From positions 1,054,180-1,118,179 of the forward strand of contig JAQGDQ010000005.1 in assembly GCA_030141605.1 (NCBI GenBank): a DNA stretch of 64,000 nucleotides. The letters are read 5' to 3'. The position numbers and the translations under genes were made by a program. Below, one piece after another: positions 13,148-25,170 of the stretch. Every line of letters begins with the position of its first letter. Positions within the stretch are counted from its first letter, which is position 1. The notes below the pieces were generated by a model. The model made no database searches. It was not told the origin of the DNA and worked only from the letters and a program-made list of their open reading frames with translations. Origin of the DNA: Tubiluchus corallicola. Taxonomy: Eukaryota; Animalia; Priapulida.

Positions 13148-14356
13148 TATGGAGCCCCTGTAGGGCCACGTATTATCCGTAGATAAATTAGTATGTGCAC
13201 CAAATTATTGCATGCATAAGTATTCGTATTAATGATTCGTGACCAAGCATTAGTATCATGTATGCACAGATTAATAGTTCGGGGAACAAATTAGTCTCTT
13301 ATGTGCAAGAAGTAGACATTAACTAATATATCATGTGAACTGGTTAGTAATTCAAGACCGCGAATTGGTATATCGTGCATGTGGATTAGCGAATGGCTCC
13401 TGATTCAAGCAGTTTCAACTTTCAGAAAGCAGTGATTTTGTCTAAGACTATGTTTAATTGTGTAGGCAGAGTCTTTTACCAAAAAGAAACAGACTTACTG
13501 GAAAACTAAAATTTAATATTGAGATTAACATATATGACTAGCATTTATTCGTACAAATCACACAAAGTCACGAGTTTATGATGAAGCTATTACCCAAAGC
13601 CAAAATATATCGCAGAAATAATCAAAGCAACAAAATAGTTGATTAAAAACGTAGCTACTCAAAGTATGCTACAGCGTACACGTGTATAGCTAACAGAGAT
13701 TTAATGGTGAATAGCCTACAGGCCTACTGACAATAAGCATCAAAACTATAGCAACTCAGTCAGATTAGCAGCAGGTTAGTAGCAACTTTGTACAATTGCG
13801 ACAATTCAATGAACAGTCAATAAGCACGATATTCTTGCGATACTAGCAAGACTTACAATAAAGTATCAATAACGTCTAACATTTAATCAAACAATACTTA
13901 GTAATACGTTCATGTTAACCTTCCCATAATTGGTATGAACAAACTTTGGCTTCTTTCATGAGCCATTTACTGTTTTATTCACTTCAACTATGAAGTTCAT
14001 TCTTTCCCTCGATGGATAAAACTCCAATAAATTCTATTAATTAATTTTTTATTTCTAGATTTCATAAGAACACATTGTTTTTATACTAAATTACGTTTTA
14101 ATTTTACATCAGTCTTAGTCAACTGTCTAGCTCGTCTTTGTCCGTCTCTACTGCTTTCTATTATATCTGTCTGTATCTGTAAAATGTGGCGAGCAGATAT
14201 CTTCCTAGGGATTAGTGGCCACGAATTAATAATTTGTCGCCACAGATTAATAATTATATCGAGTATGGTCCGTGGATTAATATATCATGCACACGGAATA
14301 TTAATTCGTGCCCACGAATTAGTAATTTCTCTCAATGGCGGTTCTGAAGCTCCATA
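13148..14356. mobile_element. Non-autonomous DNA transposon with imperfect TIRs and subterminal ~20-bp repeats
   Basis: Left TATGGAGCCCCTGTAGGGCCA versus right (reverse complement) TATGGAGCTTCAGAACCGCCA; degenerate cgtgcncacgaattaat-type arrays at 13180-13390 and 14210-14325. Confidence 0.6.
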
Positions 14357-14746
14357 CCATACATAATAATATCGCTACGTGATTACCGTTTACATAGTAA
14401 TATAATTATCTATGCTCTATACGGTACCATTGAATAAAAGGATCTTTGCGCCTTAGTGTGCCATCACAACACGCAGCACTTAGATCGGGGAACAGCCCAA
14501 TTGGCAACAATGGCATGTTATCGCAATTTATAGTCAATTTCTTAAAGAAATATATCCGTGCTGCAAGCTAACAACAATTATAACATGTTTCGCTAAATCA
14601 ATTTTATTAATAAGTTACAAGCGTAAAATTATTTTGCATATTTTAACTTGCACTGGAATTGATTTATTAGAGTACTGTACTGTACTGTAGTTTAATGCGA
14701 AGCACTCTAAGTCCCAATCATTAATTTCTTTCAAAACAACATTTTC

Positions 14747-15891
14747 TCACTTATAAGTGAGTCTGCCAAGCACAGCAAAATGATCAGATAAGTCAGTTAC
14801 AGAATAGTTTTTGTTGTCACACCTGGCATCATCCGGCCAATAATATGTGAACCTAGCAATTCTATCGGGATCATAGCATATTGGAAATGACTCTGTCCAC
14901 CTTGGTCGTATGACCTGTTGAGTTGCTTGTATAGGAGTTTCAAATTCATTGCTATACATTACGTAATCTATGAAATTGCATTTGTGACTCTGTGGTTTAA
15001 AGTCATTTTCATTTGAAACAGTACACGGTTTCTCACCTATTATAGGTGGAACAGTTGCGCGAAGGGCTTTGAACATACCAGCTGTTAAGTCAAAGGATTT
15101 GTAAATATTGACATTAAAATCTCCAGCATATATCACAGGTTCTGATTTTGGAATACCGAGATTTCCAGCAAATTCTCTCATTTCTGTTGTTTGTCCTGTC
15201 TTCACTTCCCAATTGCTGCCTGTATTCAGATGGGTGCTGAAAATGTTATACAACTTCCACCTACCATTGTTGTCAGTTTTGTTAATCTTTGCATAAGAAA
15301 CACCCTTCATAGAAGTGCTGTCCCAAGACATATCCTGAGAAATATCAAAAATATATTCTTTTTGTTGCAAAATAGGCCACCGTGAGGCTATGAATATGCC
15401 ACCATTCATAATTTTAGGCCCTTCTTGCTGATAATGCCTGGAATACGTTTTCCTTTCTTTGTATGATATTGTTTTAGCCGAGTGATCGAGCCAGGAGCCA
15501 ATGGTATCTGTGTGATACGCAAACCCATGCTGAGTTAATAACCTCCTAATGTTCGCTTGCTTTGGAAAACAACCAGCCATAAATTCTTCCTGAAATGCAA
15601 TTGCATCAAGATCTGGTAATATGCGACGCAGAGTGGATGGAATCCGACATGTTCGCTCCCTTTGTCCATCATGGGCAATGAAGTAGTTACGATCATAGAC
15701 ATTATACGCCAAAACGTTGATCGTATTAGCTGGCGTGCTGATTAATTTTGTGCCCGAGTAAGGCGATTGACAAAGAACCTGTGTCCCTGTCTCACAATGA
15801 TTGTCACCGTTGCCACTGGGGTCACTGCGTACGTAGTCGAAACCAAATACACGGCAATGTTCTGGTTTCGTTGAGCAAAAAGGAGCTTCTC
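14747..15891 (-). CDS. Neutral sphingomyelinase / sphingomyelinase C-like EEP phosphodiesterase, main terminal exon
   Basis: Open 1145 nt after a ccacag acceptor (phase 1). EEP/SMase C motifs in order: LAYNVY, AFQEE, NGGIFIASRWPI, KGVSYAKI, STHL, IYAGDFN, IDYVMYS, DLSDHFAV. AATAAA on the minus strand at about 14663. Confidence 0.9.
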
Positions 15892-16573
15892 CTGTGGACA
15901 ACAAAACTATAAATATTAAATGTCATCTCATACAAATACCTATATACACATGCGCACCAGAACTAATAAAAACAAATTTTATCATAGTGATTGATTAAAC
16001 GTCACATGAACGAACATACAATTTTAAAGATTTTGAAAGGTAATGAGGTTAGTTGTGCTGGAGTTGTGTGTACAGAGACCGAGTGTGCAGGCACTGACAA
16101 TAGTCAAACATGAGTTTCATTTGTAGTGTGAAATGATAAAAACATCTGCACTCTTGTGGGATTTTTTGGATTTAATAAAATAATAATAGTGCACATGATT
16201 ATCATTTAATTTTCTAATCATTACAAACACTTGTAACTTGAAATTAGTTTAATCAACGAAAGCAAACAAAATGAAGCTGAGCCATTTAAAATACGTGCCG
16301 TTACTCTTTTCTCTATTACTCTGTTCTCTGTACTCTGCCATTTATTACACTTATGGTTTTACTATTTGCTGGTAAGAAATAGTTTTGGTAACAATATAAA
16401 ATTGCCTAAGACCTGGGACATAGAAATAGCTTTTCGGGAAAGAGAAAGGCTTGAGCAGACACATTGTGCACACATAATGAACAGACACATTGGTTAACAT
16501 GAAGTCAAGAATGAGTTTAGTGAACTTCCTAAACATCATTGACAGAGTTGTGCAGCTATCTCTTAACCTAGCC

Positions 16574-17295
16574 CCGGGCCGACTCTAGGTAGTTTGACGT
16601 CCTAGGCAAAAGCATTTTTAGCGATCTCTCCTCAATGGTTAGTTCCTTCCCCCAGTCCCCATGCACCCTACCCACAAAATTGAATTTCTGTGGTAGATAA
16701 TAAAGTATAACGCTACCTATGTATTAGACGTATACAGGTATTATAGTGTACTATTTAAGTGTTGTTAATTGCCTATCTACAGCTTGTGTTTATTTCATTT
16801 GAAATTGAATTTATGACCCATTGAACGTCCTAGATCTTCAGGAGCAATCAAATTTCTACAACTATAACACCAGTCTGGTTGCAAATACCTGATTAGCGAA
16901 TCTTTTTGTTGCTCGGTGCCGCCAGCTTTTTTACCTTTCTTCCAGCTGTACACTCCGAAAGGCCTCGATTCTTATAGCTTTATCTGCCATAACTAGATAA
17001 ACGCCAACGCTAGAAATTTTATTATTAAATGGATGCGTCAGTAATGTCTGTCTCCAATGACGTACCTCTTAGGAGCCAAGTAATCGAAAGTGTTTTGCTG
17101 AATGAATACAGTTCCGTTTTAGGCGCCTATGAATCATATGTTTTTTTAAATTAAAGCAGTGTGGTACACTTAAGCAATCACGCATGCATTAAGTTATTAC
17201 TTATGCTAAAAGTAAGCTTAAAAATTAAAGAATTATTTTCAGAATTTGGCACGCTAGGCAACTACCTAGTTTGCCTAGTGGTAGGGCCGGCTCTG
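16574..17295. mobile_element. hAT-type MITE (722 bp) with 8-bp TSD
   Basis: Imperfect TIRs CCGGGCCGACTCTA and (reverse complement) CAGAGCCGGCCCTA; identical ACCTAGCC at 16566-16573 and 17296-17303. Confidence 0.88.
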
Positions 17296-18782
17296 ACCTA
17301 GCCTACAATAACTACTATTTAAATGCCAACTTATTTACCCACAAAACCTTTTAAATATCAACGATATTCACAGAAGAACAGTGATCATAACTTTAGGGTA
17401 CCAAATGTAAATACCATAACAGTAACGACTGTTTATTACAATGCAATTAAAAACAGGAATTGCCTACAGTAATATATATATGTTAAACCTATTGAAAATA
17501 AATTACGATTCAAATTAGTGGTTAAGAGATATCTAATTAAGCAAAGTCGCCTTACTTTTTTACGTCGTACTTAAACGACTATCAACGTATTTTTATCATT
17601 ATGTAGTTGTATAATTACAATTTTTTTCATTAGGTCGAAGAACTTTTACGAAGCACATAGTTAACTTTTGTGTCCTTTCTATTGAATGATTGACTTCAGT
17701 TTGTTTTACCTAGCTTTTGCAACTTATTTCAATATTTTTCTATTAACTTCTAAAACCAGATGATCATATATAAATTTATAAAATAATCTCACTATAGTAT
17801 ATATGGTATATTGAGGTATATGTTTTAATTTGTTCTTGCCTGTTTTTATTATGTTTTCATCAGAAATCGTAAATTGCCTATTTTGTATTCTTCCTTCAAA
17901 CTTCTTTGTGAATTTCTAATATCAGTAAACTAGTGTGTACACGTTAACCATACTAAAATGGATTCAACGTAAATGCTGTGTGCTGTCACATTTCTTATCT
18001 CTTTTATCTATGTCTACTGTCTACCATTTCTTGTCTCTTTTTTGTAGCTCATGTAATTTGATAACTGTGTCAGTTTGATAAATGCAATTACCATGTAATG
18101 TATTTTTGCTTTATGTTTTTCATAGAGCGCTCATATAGATGTGCTGACTCGAGACTCTTTTAGATCAAAATGGAAATGAGTGCTTGCACTTTCTTCTGAC
18201 ATCCTCGGTAGGGGATACGGGGTCTATTTTACCAAGTGTCCAGTATATGCTCGAATGAAGACAACAGAAGACCAATGTTTCACCTACCTCCCAACAACAG
18301 TTCATTATTTGACATTATTGCACCTTGCAACAGTCCAGGTTTGACAAACAAAACCACACAATGCCCTACTACTTACATTGACTTGCAATTGAGTGCTGGA
18401 TTCTGGTTATCAGAGTGCTGAACTTTATAAAAACACGATCATTTCAATTTAAAATTTTTTACACTATCTAACTATTCTTTTGTCATGGCCAGTATCACAA
18501 TACTGGTTTCTCCTTTGCCTGAATTCATAATAACTACCTTATTTACCATCAGTACTTTACCCATATCATTTTGTGCTCTACCTCACATGATTTCAGTGAA
18601 AACAGGTTAATTAGCCGTGTTAAATAAGCCAACGATGTGACATAATTTAATGTTACAACAATCCGCTGTCTAAAGTAATGAAGGCAAAGTCCACATTAAT
18701 AAAATTGTTATGACGATTGTAATCTGAAGATTACTTTATTATTAACATCATAATTTTATTTTCAAACCACAGATTTACAAAT

Positions 18783-18893
18783 AAATTATTATACAATAAT
18801 AGTATCTTTTATATTTTTAATAAAATGTTAAATTATAATGTTAAAATTATTATACAATAATAGTATCTTTTATATTTTAATAGAATGTTAAAA
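18783..18893. repeat. AT-rich tandem duplication, period about 61 bp
   Basis: aaattattatacaataatagtatcttttatatttt...aatgttaaa occurs twice. Confidence 0.8.
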
Positions 18894-19031
18894 ACAGAAG
18901 AAATCGTATTTGTGATTCAGTGCAAAAAAAAACAGTCAGAGCAGTTTAACAGAAAATACAAAACGTGCAGTACGTTCTGCTGCGGGTGTGTGGACTGTGG
19001 ATGCAATCTAGAATTTCTGCACTATACTTAC

Positions 19032-19332
19032 TAGCTAACCAGACTTCTGGAGCAGAATTAAAGTCATCACATGAAGCCTAAAAATAAACAAAAGTAATAC
19101 ATTATCAATCATGAAATGAGCTGTTTGTTTTAAAACTAAAAACTATAACCTAATGAATTAAAATGAACCTGTAAGGTAGGCCTGCTGGCTGCTGTAAGTA
19201 CAGTTTATAGAGCTTTTGTTTCCAGGCAATCAATTTATGAGCTATAATATTATGTGCGGTTATCAGTTTTCTTTATGCATAACTTACCCAGAAAATGTTA
19301 ATGATAAACACAGCTGTACAAAACCAAGTCAT
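19032..19332 (-). CDS. Probable 5' exons of the sphingomyelinase (19288-19332 and 19032-19077) encoding a signal peptide
   Basis: MTWFCTAVFIINIFW then gtaagt; ttttag then ASCDDFNSAPEVWLA plus one base then gtaagt. The phase-1 end matches the phase-1 acceptor at 15891. Confidence 0.55.
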
Positions 19333-19599
19333 TTTCAACACACTGTCTCTAAAACTTAATACCACAGACATTTATATGCGCTCTTAGACAACTCAGAACG
19401 CAGCAATATTGCAGTGCACTGATTTTATAAGTGTACTTTGATTTCTATTTTATCTATAGGTTTGCATGTCTTGTGATATGTATAATTTGCTTCTCTCAAA
19501 CAAAACACCAAAGCATTCTGCTTGTTACCTGCTACCTGTGTCACACGTTTAAGTTACTCACCCCTTATAAGAAACCCGTAATTGTAAAACCTACTGATC

Positions 19600-20150
19600 C
19601 CTTTTTCTGCGTGCAGCTAAAGTTTTCAAATTGTGTGATGCTATTGTCAAAATTGGTCTGAGCTGTTATAAATCTTCATTAATTCTTAATATCCAAGTTG
19701 TTTTTAGTTTGCCTGGAGGTCGTTTAGTAAGTTTTAATGCCTCGTTTAACGCTAATCTTACTGATGTTGTTTTTGGCAATCTATGTCATACCCATCTTAG
19801 CCTTCTGATTCTAATTTTAGTGCTCCAAAGTTCCTCTTTGTTTGTGTTATACAGCTGCTCATTTGAAATTATATATATGGCCATTTAATTTTTAAATTTC
19901 TCTGGGCAAACCTCTGTGGAATACATCCGTTTCTGTTTCCTGCGTTTCAATCAAACCTATACGTATTTCACTATTGTACATGTGATAAAAAAAAGTCGCA
20001 GCCTTGCTTTGAGGGATAGTTTCTTGAGGTTAAAATTGATTTTTTTCTGGATAAAACCATACACTGCCCACTATTTCCTACGACATTGGAAATTCTCTTT
20101 CGTTTAAAATCGTCAGTATTTCGCGACATTGTATACGTAGGCTTTTAATT
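19600..20150 (-). mobile_element. RTE-clade LINE 3' fragment (pseudogenised ORF C-terminus)
   Basis: KLSLKARLRLF...YNSE...DVFHRG...IKWPYIISNEQLY...KIRIRRLRWV*HRLP...KRPPGKLKTTW...INEDL, typical of the RTE post-RT region, with stops and frameshifts. Confidence 0.72.
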
Positions 20151-20949
20151 CTTCCTGTCTAGAAAAGTGCGTGGCGAGTTGCAATGATTTCGGTTTACAA
20201 GAAAATAGCAACTAACATCATAAAGACTGAAACATATTTCAGGATTCAAGTTCGCTGTGTATATTGGACACAGGCCTCTAGAATAACACTCAAGATAGCA
20301 ATTATCGTGTTAAATTACCACACACCACCGAAAATGTTTTGTTTGTAACGTAATTCTGAGCTCTGGTGAAGCTGTAATAGCAGTCTGCTTCTCGCTTTTA
20401 ATCATGGCAAGCTTAGAAGAAAAGACAAGGTCGCTTTCATGGAATACTCAACCTATATGTTTTACATCACACTTATCGTGACTAATGCTTGAGTACCATA
20501 AAAATGCAAATCCAAGTTAAAAATTAGAGTCATGTTTGGGAAAAAAATTAATGACACTATAGTAACAGTATAGTTCTATCACTTTTATGTTATATTTACC
20601 GACATTATAGAATTCATTACAATAGAGTTACTAATAGTAATATTTTAATAAGTGCAAGGAAATCTTGCCTCAAACATGAGGTCAGATTAACAAAATAAGC
20701 CAGCCCAGGCGTTCAAGTAGGCCTCCACGGTCATCTGAAGGAGCGCCGCGAATGTCTTTTTACTGTATTTTCGGAAATTTAATAATTTCTAGATATAACT
20801 AAAGACCAAAAATGCATATATTTTGATTTACTGGGTTATGTGGATATTGTGGAGACAAGCCTTGAGTGTCTGCAGCCCAGGTACGCGTAGTTGTCTTGCT
20901 CAAATCCACCACTGAGAAACTAAGTAGGCAATACATGTGCGTTTTTTTC

Positions 20950-21275
20950 TGCCCATCTCGTGTCCAGTTCTGTCTTGTCCTTTGTCTGGTCCAGTTCTAC
21001 GCTTTTTGTCTATTATAATTTGCAATTTTCCTGACCTGTCTTGTTCTGCCCTACCTTGTCGTGCTCTGCCCTGCCCTGTCCTGTTTTTTCCAGTCCTGTC
21101 CTCTCTTGTCTTGGCTTCTCCCATCCTGTTCTGTCTTGTCCTATCCTGTACTGTTCAGTCCTGTCCTGTCTTGTCTTCTTCTGTCCTGTCATGTTTTGCC
21201 TTGATTTCTTCTGTCCTGTCCTGTCCTATCCTGTGTTATAGCGTCCTACCTGTCCCGTCCCGTCCCGCTTTGTTT
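20950..21275. repeat. Degenerate (CTGTC)n pentanucleotide array
   Basis: Visible tgtcc/tgtct iterations; explains the spurious Cys/Pro/Val ORFs here. Confidence 0.9.
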
Positions 21276-21310
21276 TATCTTGGTTTGACATGGCTACCAG
21301 TTATGTGCTC

Positions 21311-21370
<60 letters not shown>

Positions 21371-21390
21371 CAATAATAATAATAATAATA
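21311..21390. repeat. (AAT)n microsatellite
   Basis: Seen directly; two AAC interruptions. Confidence 0.97.
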
Positions 21391-21657
21391 TGTATATAAA
21401 AACCTATAAAACTGTGTTTATATGTTTTGGTAAATTGGAAAAGTTTATTTAAAACGCAAATAAGTCAACGGGCCAAGATATGAATAGATATTTTTTAGCA
21501 TTGTAATACGAATGAAATGTAAGTATCTTGTATATCATGAAAATGTTTAAAATTAAATTTAATCAATCGCAGAAGGGAAGCGTATGATAGCCAATGTTAT
21601 TTATTTATTTTGTTAAACAACTGATAAAGCTGATAGAAGGTTGTTGAAATGTAATCA

Positions 21658-22491
21658 TGTTATTCAACTGAGCTAACAGTAATTAATTAAGTTAAACTAC
21701 ACGCCTGCAAATAGAAGCACATCTTTAAATGTTTTATTTATTTTCAATAAAAGATTTATCATCATCATCACAGACAAGTTCTTTACAGTATTAGCTGTAG
21801 TACTTGCTAGCATAATCTATTTGCGTTACAGGATTATTGTATTATCAGCCTAACGTAGTGTGGAAGTCCTACTAACACCCCACTCTCTTGTTGTTGTATT
21901 CTTAAATACCTGCGATTCTCGCGGCTTCTTTCAAACGTCCGGTATGAAATATCCGGTGTACATGGTGACATACTTTGTAGCTATAGTCTGTCTGAGATAT
22001 GCAGCTTGGAGGTCACACAAAATGGCCATCGTCTGATCTTTCGCATGTCTGTTGAAAGACAGTCAGAAATGTCAATTAGCATTGTCGATGCTACCGTGCA
22101 GTAAAAGTCACTATTTCTTCTGTCATTGTTTACAGTGCTGACCGATCCGGGACGAGTACATTGCTGTGGTTTGATGAGGTGGTTACTGTTCCCGTCGTTG
22201 TCCGGGGATTCGTCCAAGCCTGAAGTCACGGTGAAGTTCATGGTGGACAGTCCATACCTGGTGAAGCAAACGGTAGTTGCTGAATCCATGGATGTTACCC
22301 AACAGGTTAGCAGCTGCCGTTTCACATCATGTTCAGGTTATGCTTATGTTATGCTTGGTAAGCCAATAGGTACTTTTGTCCAGCGTTTGCTAGTTAGTAT
22401 AATTCGGTTTGTATTTGGTCATCGTTGAATTGCCGTCAACGAGAGTACGGCACCGTTTGCACGTGCTACGCCCTCTAACACCTCCCCCTCT
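21658..22491 (-). mobile_element. Putative 3' LTR with upstream polypurine tract of an LTR retrotransposon
   Basis: Minus strand AGAGGGGGAGG directly followed by TGTTA (22480); candidate end TAACA at 21658; internal AATAAA; GC-richer than flanks. Confidence 0.55.
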
Positions 22492-22827
22492 ATTATTAGA
22501 CTAGGAAATATATTTGCTTAGTTTGCTGTACTATGATTGACTGTTATGGTTGAGCTGTATCTCTTCTATTAAATTTTAACTGATTAGATTAAATTAAATT
22601 AAGTTAAATTAATTTTTGCGTTCTATCTTTCACTAAATAGCTCATTAAGACTCCTAGGCTCGGGTACCGCATGCCCCTGTATGAAACAACAGAATCTTGG
22701 CCCGACTCCAGGATACTAGTAGTAAATTATCTGACGCTATAGAACCCCGGAATCACGTGTTACACCTCGTTTATAGGGTGATCGTACCTGCCTAGATAAA
22801 TAATCTTGCAATTTTATGCATACCTAT

Positions 22828-23172
22828 TAGGGGTGAGCATCGAACTTACGAGTTGGCTTCGAACCTGAAGTTGTGGATTCAAACAACTCAACACTTCCAC
22901 TACATACGTTCTTTATCATTAAATTATTTGAAACAGCTTGCAATCAGCACAGTTTAGCGCGATTTCTGTTTACAAATTTGAAACATATTATTAGCGTTTC
23001 TATTGCAGAACAAAAACAAGGAATGCGCTTGATCTTTGTGAAAAATCTTTTTATTTCGAAATCTTTAAAACTGATTTGGATTCGAAATCCTGAAATTCGA
23101 TTTCACTTTAGTTCGAAAGCCAAAAATTCGATTCGATTCGAATTCACTTTCTGAGAGAATGCTTAACCCATA
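22828..23172. mobile_element. MITE with TAGGGGTGAGCAT-type imperfect TIRs and TTCGA-rich interior
   Basis: TAGGGGTGAGCAT ... ATGCTTAACCCATA; repeated ttcga motifs; no clear TSD. Confidence 0.55.
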
Positions 23173-23419
23173 ATGTCTGCTTATATTATAATATTGTTAC
23201 GTTTAATGGCCTCCAAGAAAGACACTTGAGAGTTGGGAAAAACAGTATGCAATTAATAAGTGACCTGTCCGGGAAAAGAGGGTAATGATTAGTAAACTAA
23301 TGGTACACAGCAGTATGTATTATACTCAGCAGTTATCCTGACAGCAGCAGTGTCAGCCTGACAACCCCAAACTATGAATTTTTTATTTCAGCTCTTGCAC
23401 GCCTCATAGATGCAGACAG

Positions 23420-23570
23420 ATCACTTACGCGGCCGGTGCAGCTGAACAATTTCGTCTTCGGTGCATTACTGCGCAAAGACACCGCCCATTGCTGAATTCG
23501 TTCTGTCTTTCGCGGAACTTTCTAACCTGAGTTTACTGCGTTTTTCTCGCATGTAGACGTTATGTAGGTA
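23420..23570 (+). promoter_or_regulatory. CpG-rich putative promoter or first non-coding exon of a plus-strand gene (possibly MRTF)
   Basis: Local CpG enrichment ending in a tag/gtatgt donor-like site near 23568. Confidence 0.3.
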
Positions 23571-25170
23571 TGTAAGTGTAGTTTTGCGCCGATTTTTTTT
23601 GGAAATTGGTCGATTTGATTATTTTTTGTGGGACGAGGATAATATCTAGTAATAGATTTGTAATAAACGGCGCGAAATGTTTTGCATGATGATGTCAATC
23701 ATGTTACGTTACCACACACTACTGCAGTAGGACATCGACTTTCCGGAATATTGGGTAATATCCTCACCAACGTATCCTCAACTAACAAAAACTGTATTAA
23801 TATTTTCATAGTGGTTATCCACTTTAACTCAAATACCATACTGGCGTAGATAACTTTATACACATACTCATATTTCTTGCTTCTGCTGAACGGTTTTACC
23901 TTTTCCCGAAGAATAATTAGTTAATTATAAAAATGCCGCATTTGTAATATTAACTATGCTAGCGTGAATAACGCCAACAGAGTAGCCGTCCCATTAATTT
24001 TGGGTGGGCGAAGAGCGGTTCCGCGGCTGCGCAAGAAACAAAAAGGAATAATTTCTAAAACTCATACACTGACTTAAGTTGATTAGGTCGTTAGTAGCAC
24101 GCTGAATGCTTGTTGGGCATGAAGCCCCAGACATTACAATTCTCCCGGTTGTTCGGCGGAACAGTTATGTAACGCTTCGCCAGCATTTTGTAAGCCTTGG
24201 TGAACTGTTTCTTCAGTCGACTGATCTTGAGAAAATTTAATTTTTCTGCAACGCAAACCAAGTATTGCCGTGAATGTGTTCTGATGCTGTGCTGGATTCT
24301 CTTTTTACCTTCTTTTTTTCGAAGAAACTGTGCTGGTGGTGAAGCCCACTTTGTCTTAAAAAATATTAAAAGCAAAATTGAATAAAAATAAAACAAGATT
24401 GAAAACAAGATAAAAAAGGAAAAAAAGCATATTTAGCTGGTACAATAATTTTTTTAACAAACACGCTTTCTCTGTGTTTGAACAAAATATGTTTACCCTT
24501 TTTTGCTTATAATTGGCGGGACTAATTTTGAAAAACGTCTGGATGGCTATGGCATTGTGAAAAGAACTTACTGAACTTATCTTAATTATATTACACTCAT
24601 GTTTCTACATGTTCCCCTTGACACATTTTTTATTTGGAGCTCCAGAGATTGGTCACTCCAGGGAACATCGGAATAATAAAACATTTTCCATCATTCCATT
24701 TTCCGACTGTATTATTTTGAGCTGTTTAAGAGCATTTTCATAAAACTTGTGTGAACTATTTCAACTCTATTTTGTTTACATCCTTGAAAATAACGACGCC
24801 ATACACTTTGCGGAGCCATACTGATGCTCGTTGTTATGACAACACGCATTTCCTTCGCAAATGCGATATCTGCAGCTTCCTTACCCCTGGTGTTATGTTT
24901 AGTAAGATTTGCAATGCAGCTGCCGTTGGCTGGGTAGTGTAGAAACGCATTCCAACTGGAGAGTTTACAAGAGTGAAGCTGCCTGCCTACTGCCCCAGCT
25001 TAGTTGCATGTATAGTTTATACTATACACGCTTCATTCTGTTACGTGACAGACTTTATCAAATTTTATTGTAGTAAATGAACTAGCGGGATGATGAACTT
25101 GTCAGATGAGTTAAGACTTACTCGCTCTGCGGTTGTTTAAAGTTTGGAAAATCGTCGTCATCTTGCAAAA

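Noticed and set aside
20900-21452. ORFs rich in Cys/Pro/Val and poly-Asn
   Set aside because: Artefacts of the (CTGTC)n and (AAT)n repeats.
21981-22428. Overlapping 114-aa and 100-aa ORFs on opposite strands
   Set aside because: They lie within the putative LTR, lack motifs and are explained by higher GC.
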